Assembly (NCBI GenBank): GCA_965203195.1
Contig: OZ241860.1
Span: 1,986,334-2,050,333 of the forward strand
DNA: 64,000 bases
Direction: 5' to 3'
Origin: Dehalococcoidia bacterium
GTDB lineage: Bacteria > Chloroflexota > Dehalococcoidia > Lucifugimonadales > UBA3495
The notes below the pieces were generated by a model. It saw only the letters and a program-made list of their open reading frames with translations. It did no database searches and was not told the origin of the DNA. The number at the start of each line of letters is the position of its first letter. The stretch's first letter is position 1. The position numbers and the translations under genes were made by a program. Of the stretch, positions 59,868 to 64,000 are shown piece by piece.

Positions 59868-60143
59868 AGTCAGACCCTCTCCTCTCCATTCAATTGCTTG
59901 CTCAACAGGTATCCCCGGGAGGCGTCCCCAGGATGTGTTCCCCAGATATGTCCACAGGAATGTTCGCGCGGCGCGCTGCGGCCCGGAGCGAAGCTGCGCC
60001 CGGCAGCCCTGGTGTGGCCGGACTGCCGGAGTTCCCATTGTGACAACCCGTTTAGTTTGACATGAATCGCGCCACGCCATTGCCGCCGGCGCAAATGCCA
60101 ATGCCGGCGCCGGCGTCAGGCTATCGGCGTCAGGCTATCGGCT

Positions 60144-61433
60144 TCAGGGTATGATGGAGCTGATGGCAATGGTTTCGTCCCGCCGGGGGCCGGTGGAGAT
60201 GATTTGCGCCTGGCAACCCACCAGTTCCTCAATGCGGCTGACATAGTCGCGGGCGTTGGCCGGCAGCCGCCCGTAGTCGGTGACGCTGGCGGTCGGTTCC
60301 GTCCAGCCGGGCATCTTTTCGTAAATCGGTTCGCAGCGTTCCAGCAGGGCGGTGTCGGCGGGAAAGCGATCGGTTTCGGCGCCGTCCTCGTCCCGGTAGC
60401 CCACGCCGATTTTGACCTCCGGCATACCGTCCAGTATGTCCAGCCGGGTCAGCACCATTCCGGTAAAGCCGTTGATGCGCTGGCTGTAGCGGGCGGCCAC
60501 GGCGTCAAACCAGCCCACCCGGCGCGGACGCCCGGTGGTGGTGCCGTACTCGTGAGCTTTCTCCCGCAGCTCCTCGGCGGCGGCGCCATGCATTTCCGTA
60601 GGCATCGGCCCGCCGCCCACGCGGGTGGAGTACGCCTTGAACACTCCCACCACGCCGGCGATGTCCTGCGGACGAATGCCCAGCCCGGTAATCGCGCCGC
60701 CAATGGACGGCGAGGACGAAGTCACATAGGGATAAGAGCCGTGGTCAATATCCAGCAGCGTGCCTTGCGCGCCTTCCAGCAGCGCGCTTTTGCCCTGCTC
60801 CAGCAGATCCTGCACCATCTGCTCGGTGGGGCAAACCCTGGACTCCAGCCGTTTCGCCCAGGTTTGGCACTGCGCCAGCACGGCGTCGGCGTCCAGGGGC
60901 TTGCCATCATACACGCCGGTGATGACCCGGTTTTTCATCGCCACGGCGTCGCGTATGCGGTCGGGCAGCTGCCGGGCATCCAGCAGGTCGCCGATGCGGA
61001 TGCCGTCGCGGGCGGCCTTGTCCACATAGGCGGGGCCAATGCCCTGCCCGGTGGTGCCGATGGCGGAACGGCCGCGCGCCTGCTCCTGCAACCCGTCCAG
61101 CAGTATGTGGTAGGGCATAATGATGTGGGCGCGGTCGCTGACGAACAGCCGGTCGGTGGCGATGCCCTGTTGGTGCAGGCCGTCGATTTCGCCGAGCAGC
61201 ACATCGGGATTGACCACCACGCCGTTGCCGATGACGCCGGTGACGCCGGGCCAGCAGATGCCGGATGGCACCAGGTGCAGCTGGAACTCGCCCCGCTCGT
61301 TGACCACCGTATGGCCGGCGTTGTTGCCGCCGGCGTAGCGCACGACGCAATCGGACCGGCCGGCCAAATAGTCAATGACCTTGCCCTTGCCCTCGTCGCC
61401 CCATTGCCCCCCGATTACGGCGTAAGCCGGCAT
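60144..61433 (-). CDS. purA: adenylosuccinate synthase
   Basis: MPAYAVIGGQWGDEGKGKVIDYL...GTTGQGIGPAY... Confidence 0.95.
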   Translation of the reverse strand: MPAYAVIGGQWGDEGKGKVIDYLAGRSDCVVRYAGGNNAGHTVVNERGEFQLHLVPSGICWPGVTGVIGNGVVVNPDVLLGEIDGLHQQGIATDRLFVSDRAHIIMPYHILLDGLQEQARGRSAIGTTGQGIGPAYVDKAARDGIRIGDLLDARQLPDRIRDAVAMKNRVITGVYDGKPLDADAVLAQCQTWAKRLESRVCPTEQMVQDLLEQGKSALLEGAQGTLLDIDHGSYPYVTSSSPSIGGAITGLGIRPQDIAGVVGVFKAYSTRVGGGPMPTEMHGAAAEELREKAHEYGTTTGRPRRVGWFDAVAARYSQRINGFTGMVLTRLDILDGMPEVKIGVGYRDEDGAETDRFPADTALLERCEPIYEKMPGWTEPTASVTDYGRLPANARDYVSRIEELVGCQAQIISTGPRRDETIAISSIIP

Positions 61434-61700
61434 TGTGCTCTGCTCCTGGATTTTGCTGAAACTAGCCGGATGTTGCCACCAGCCCGAAACGCCGCCCGGT
61501 CTCCGGCGTGGGCCAAAACTGCCCGGCAGGGCAGGGCATCCGCGCCGCGCGCCCCCGGGCAACGGGACGGCTGCCGCAGGGATTATAGCAGAAACCGCCC
61601 CCGGGCAACAGGGCAAACCGCCGCCGCAACCGGGGCAATCACCGGGAACCGGATGCCGGAACCGGATGCCGGATGAATAAGCGCCCGCCCGCGCCGATCC

Positions 61701-61835
61701 TCAATCCGGTGCCGCGCCCGGACCGGAAAGGCGGCCCCATTCAACCCCCCGCCGGCGCAGCCGTTCCGCAATGACCCGCTGCGCCGCCGGCGAGTCGTCC
61801 ATCCCAATGAAGCGGCGCCCCAGCCGGGCAAAGTA
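61701..61835 (-). pseudogene. 3'-terminal remnant of a beta-class DNA methyltransferase gene
   Basis: Translates as ...ARLGRRFIGMDDSPAAQRVIAERLRRRGVEW... 61738-61829 is about 90% identical to 62559-62650, the 3' end of the intact methylase gene. Confidence 0.7.
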
Positions 61836-62531
61836 CTACGGGTTGTTGGCAGCAATATCCGTGAGGATAGGTTGCAGGGCATTAACGCTGGCTACATAGC
61901 TACGCGGGTTTTGCATACGAACCAGCGCCTGCAATTGCGACAACCGCGCCGCGTTGTAATACGGGCCATCAACCAGGACGAAAAGGGCGACATCATTGTT
62001 GATGCGTTGCAAAAAATTTCGCAGCAGCGCCTGAATTTCGTTGAACTGATTGTCCTGATTTCCGCCGCTCTCCCGCGTGTATTTTTGAGCAGCATAGCAG
62101 GTCACTCCACCGGTCCGCCACTGAAAATCAATGGACTTGGACGGACGCTGTGCGCCAGCCAACTGCGCCCCGGTAACTATTTGGCCGTCCCTGTTGACAT
62201 AGCAAGCATTTTGGCCGCTGGATGGCAACTTGCGAAATTCCGCAACGAACGCCAATTTCTCAACATAATCGGCGGCCGCTTTCTCGTGTACGTTTTGACG
62301 GCGCGCCTCTCGCGCCAGAACGGCTGCCAACGGGCCGTTGGGGTTGGCATCTAGATCGCGCCAGAAATCGGCTTCCGGGATGTCAAATTGACCGGCGAAA
62401 TGCAGGATCCGCGTCCGCAATCGTGCGGAGCGTTGGGCAATTTCATCAGCCATCTCAGCCCGATTAGCGAGATTCTGCTGATGCTCTATCGCTTCAAAAT
62501 CCAGTGGTTGCGGTTGCTGTGGTTCTATCAT
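61836..62531 (-). CDS. putative type II restriction endonuclease (R subunit of pair 2)
   Basis: 231 aa with SKSIDFQW...CYAAQKYTRESGGNQDNQFNE (D...QxK-like). The gene is visibly AT-richer. Its ATG lies 13 nt after the methylase stop. Confidence 0.55.
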   Translation of the reverse strand: MIEPQQPQPLDFEAIEHQQNLANRAEMADEIAQRSARLRTRILHFAGQFDIPEADFWRDLDANPNGPLAAVLAREARRQNVHEKAAADYVEKLAFVAEFRKLPSSGQNACYVNRDGQIVTGAQLAGAQRPSKSIDFQWRTGGVTCYAAQKYTRESGGNQDNQFNEIQALLRNFLQRINNDVALFVLVDGPYYNAARLSQLQALVRMQNPRSYVASVNALQPILTDIAANNP

Positions 62532-62543
62532 ATCAATCCTCCA

Positions 62544-63542
62544 TTAAACTAGTTCCTGCCATTCAATCCCCCGTCCCCGCAGCCGTTCCGCAATGACCCG
62601 CTGCGCCGCCGGCGAGTCGTCCATTCCAACGAAGCGGCGCCCCAGCCGGGCGGCGGTCAGCAGCGTGCCCCCGCCCCCGGCGTAGCAGTCCAGCACCGTA
62701 TCGCCGGGGTTGGACGAGGCGCGGATGATGCGCTCCAGCATACGGGCGTTTTTCTGCGTGGGATACTGCGGGCGCTGCGGGTCTTTGTAGAGCCACACAT
62801 CCTGGGGCAGCTTGCCGGCGGCGGCGCTGGCGTAGCGAATCTGGCGCGGGTTGCCGGCGCCGCTCCATTCAATCAGGCCGGCGGCGTCCAGTTCGTCCAA
62901 CCTGGACGGAGGATAGCGCCAGTGGCGGCCCGGCGGGGGCGGCATTCCCCGCCAGGGCTGCCCCGTGGCGCCCTGACGCGTCACGCCGGGCGCGTGCAGC
63001 GGCGTGGTCGTATAGCGCCGGCCGGCGGCGTCCGCGCGGGGGTACAGGCGGGCGATTTCGGCCTCCGACAGCGGTTCCGGCTGGGGATGCCAGGTAATGC
63101 GCCGGGGCGACACGGAGTAAAAGAGGACGGTATCCTTGATGTTGCCATAGGAATGGCGGGCGAAGTTCTTGGGGTTGCACTTGATGCGGGTGATGCTGTT
63201 GCGGAAATTCTCCGGCCCGAAAACGCCATCTAGCAGCAGGCGGACATAATGCTCCATTTTGACATCAATGTGGACATAGACGGAGCCGGCGGGGGCCATC
63301 AGGCCGCGGATGGCGTCCAGCCGTTCCCGCAGGGCGTCCAGGTAGGCGTCGCCGCGCATCCGGTCGGAGTAGGCCGGCCGCCCGGAAGCGCTGACGCTGC
63401 TGGCGCGCCCGTCGTCAATCAGAAAGTCGTTGTTGGTGGCAAAGGGCGGGTCGATATAAACCAGGTCCACGGCAATGCCCGTATCCGCCAGGCGGCGCAG
63501 GCCGTCCCGGTTGTCGCCCGCGTAGAAAAGATGCGGCGTCAT
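62544..63542 (-). CDS. beta-class N4/N6 DNA methyltransferase (M subunit of pair 2)
   Basis: Motif IV LVYIDPPFATNNDF, and motif I VLDCYAGGGGTLLTAARLGRRFVGMD. ATG 63587 is an alternative start. Confidence 0.85.
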   Translation of the reverse strand: MTPHLFYAGDNRDGLRRLADTGIAVDLVYIDPPFATNNDFLIDDGRASSVSASGRPAYSDRMRGDAYLDALRERLDAIRGLMAPAGSVYVHIDVKMEHYVRLLLDGVFGPENFRNSITRIKCNPKNFARHSYGNIKDTVLFYSVSPRRITWHPQPEPLSEAEIARLYPRADAAGRRYTTTPLHAPGVTRQGATGQPWRGMPPPPGRHWRYPPSRLDELDAAGLIEWSGAGNPRQIRYASAAAGKLPQDVWLYKDPQRPQYPTQKNARMLERIIRASSNPGDTVLDCYAGGGGTLLTAARLGRRFVGMDDSPAAQRVIAERLRGRGIEWQELV

Positions 63543-63601
63543 CGCGTCTCTGCTCGCCCCGGCGTCTGTGATAACTCCAGCGTCCATAATAGCCCAGGTG
63601 T

Positions 63602-64000
63602 CTATAATAACCCCGCTTGCGCCAGAATCGCCCGCAGCAGGTTTGCCATCTGCGCCTCGTGGTAGGGGGCGAATTTGGCGAATTCGCGCCGGTTGCGGGC
63701 GGCTTCGGCGTCCGGGTCAAAGCGGTCGCCCATCAGGGCGTAGTCGCCCGCCAGCTCCCGGTTCCAGACCAGCAGCTCGTCCAGCGTCAGTTGCGGTTCA
63801 AACTGGAAGCCGTAGGATACCCCGTAGCGAAAGGCCATGGGGATGCGGACATAACCGCCGTCGCGCCGCAGCATCGTCCCCTCGGCCAGCAGGACGGCGT
63901 CGGGGGGAACGGTGAACTGCTCGCCGTGCAGGGTAGGAACCAGTGGTATGTCAATCCGGCCGAAGGCGGGGTCGGCGGCGCCGGCGGCGGTGAGATCCAG
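63602..64000 (-). CDS. hypothetical protein, C-terminal part (gene continues past window end)
   Basis: The open frame runs to the window edge: ...GRIDIPLVPTLHGEQFTVPPDAVLLAEGTMLRRDGGYVRIPMAFRYGVSYGFQFE... Family not recognised. Confidence 0.5.
   Translation of the reverse strand: MDLTAAGAADPAFGRIDIPLVPTLHGEQFTVPPDAVLLAEGTMLRRDGGYVRIPMAFRYGVSYGFQFEPQLTLDELLVWNRELAGDYALMGDRFDPDAEAARNRREFAKFAPYHEAQMANLLRAILAQAGLL

Noticed and set aside
61583-61882. 99-aa minus-strand ORF
   Set aside because: It is in a different frame from the recognisable methylase-tail remnant and overlaps the R gene end. It is likely spurious.

Overview
GC-rich bacterial chromosomal window. The mix of gene families (Uma2, retropepsin-like, HEPN-like) hints at a Chloroflexota-like lineage, but that is inference only. 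Housekeeping genes are present: ilvD, a peptide-type ABC transporter, a yvcK-like gene, glmS, uppP, thrB, pyk, ileS, mutM, nadE and purA. They are interleaved with an unusually dense accessory and defence-type gene load.

Accessory content:
- Six DNA methyltransferase genes. One is a solitary 953-aa gamma-class enzyme. Three are beta-class enzymes fused to nuclease domains (one Mrr-like, two HNH). Two sit in classical type II R-M pairs.
- A head-to-tail dimer of an IS5/IS427-type insertion sequence.
- Four tandem HEPN-like paralogues, plus a fifth solitary copy.
- An MNT-HEPN fusion and a toxin/DUF2283 pair.
- Three Uma2 nucleases and a NYN protein.
- Retropepsin-like genes and a hairpin MITE/REP-like repeat family.

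Best candidate for an undescribed system: the co-directional minus-strand cluster at about 36.2-40.2 kb. It runs from a TM-anchored protein and a 121-aa partner, through the four HEPN-like paralogues (the MTase-proximal one frameshifted), to an MTase-HNH fusion and a tiny low-GC ORF.

Two insertion scars are directly visible. A promoter plus MTase-HNH cassette is bracketed by a duplicated thrB 3' end. A restriction gene is bracketed by 92-bp direct repeats of its partner methylase's 3' end.

No rRNA, tRNA or CRISPR array was recognised. All functional calls come from reading the translated ORFs by eye, with no database search.
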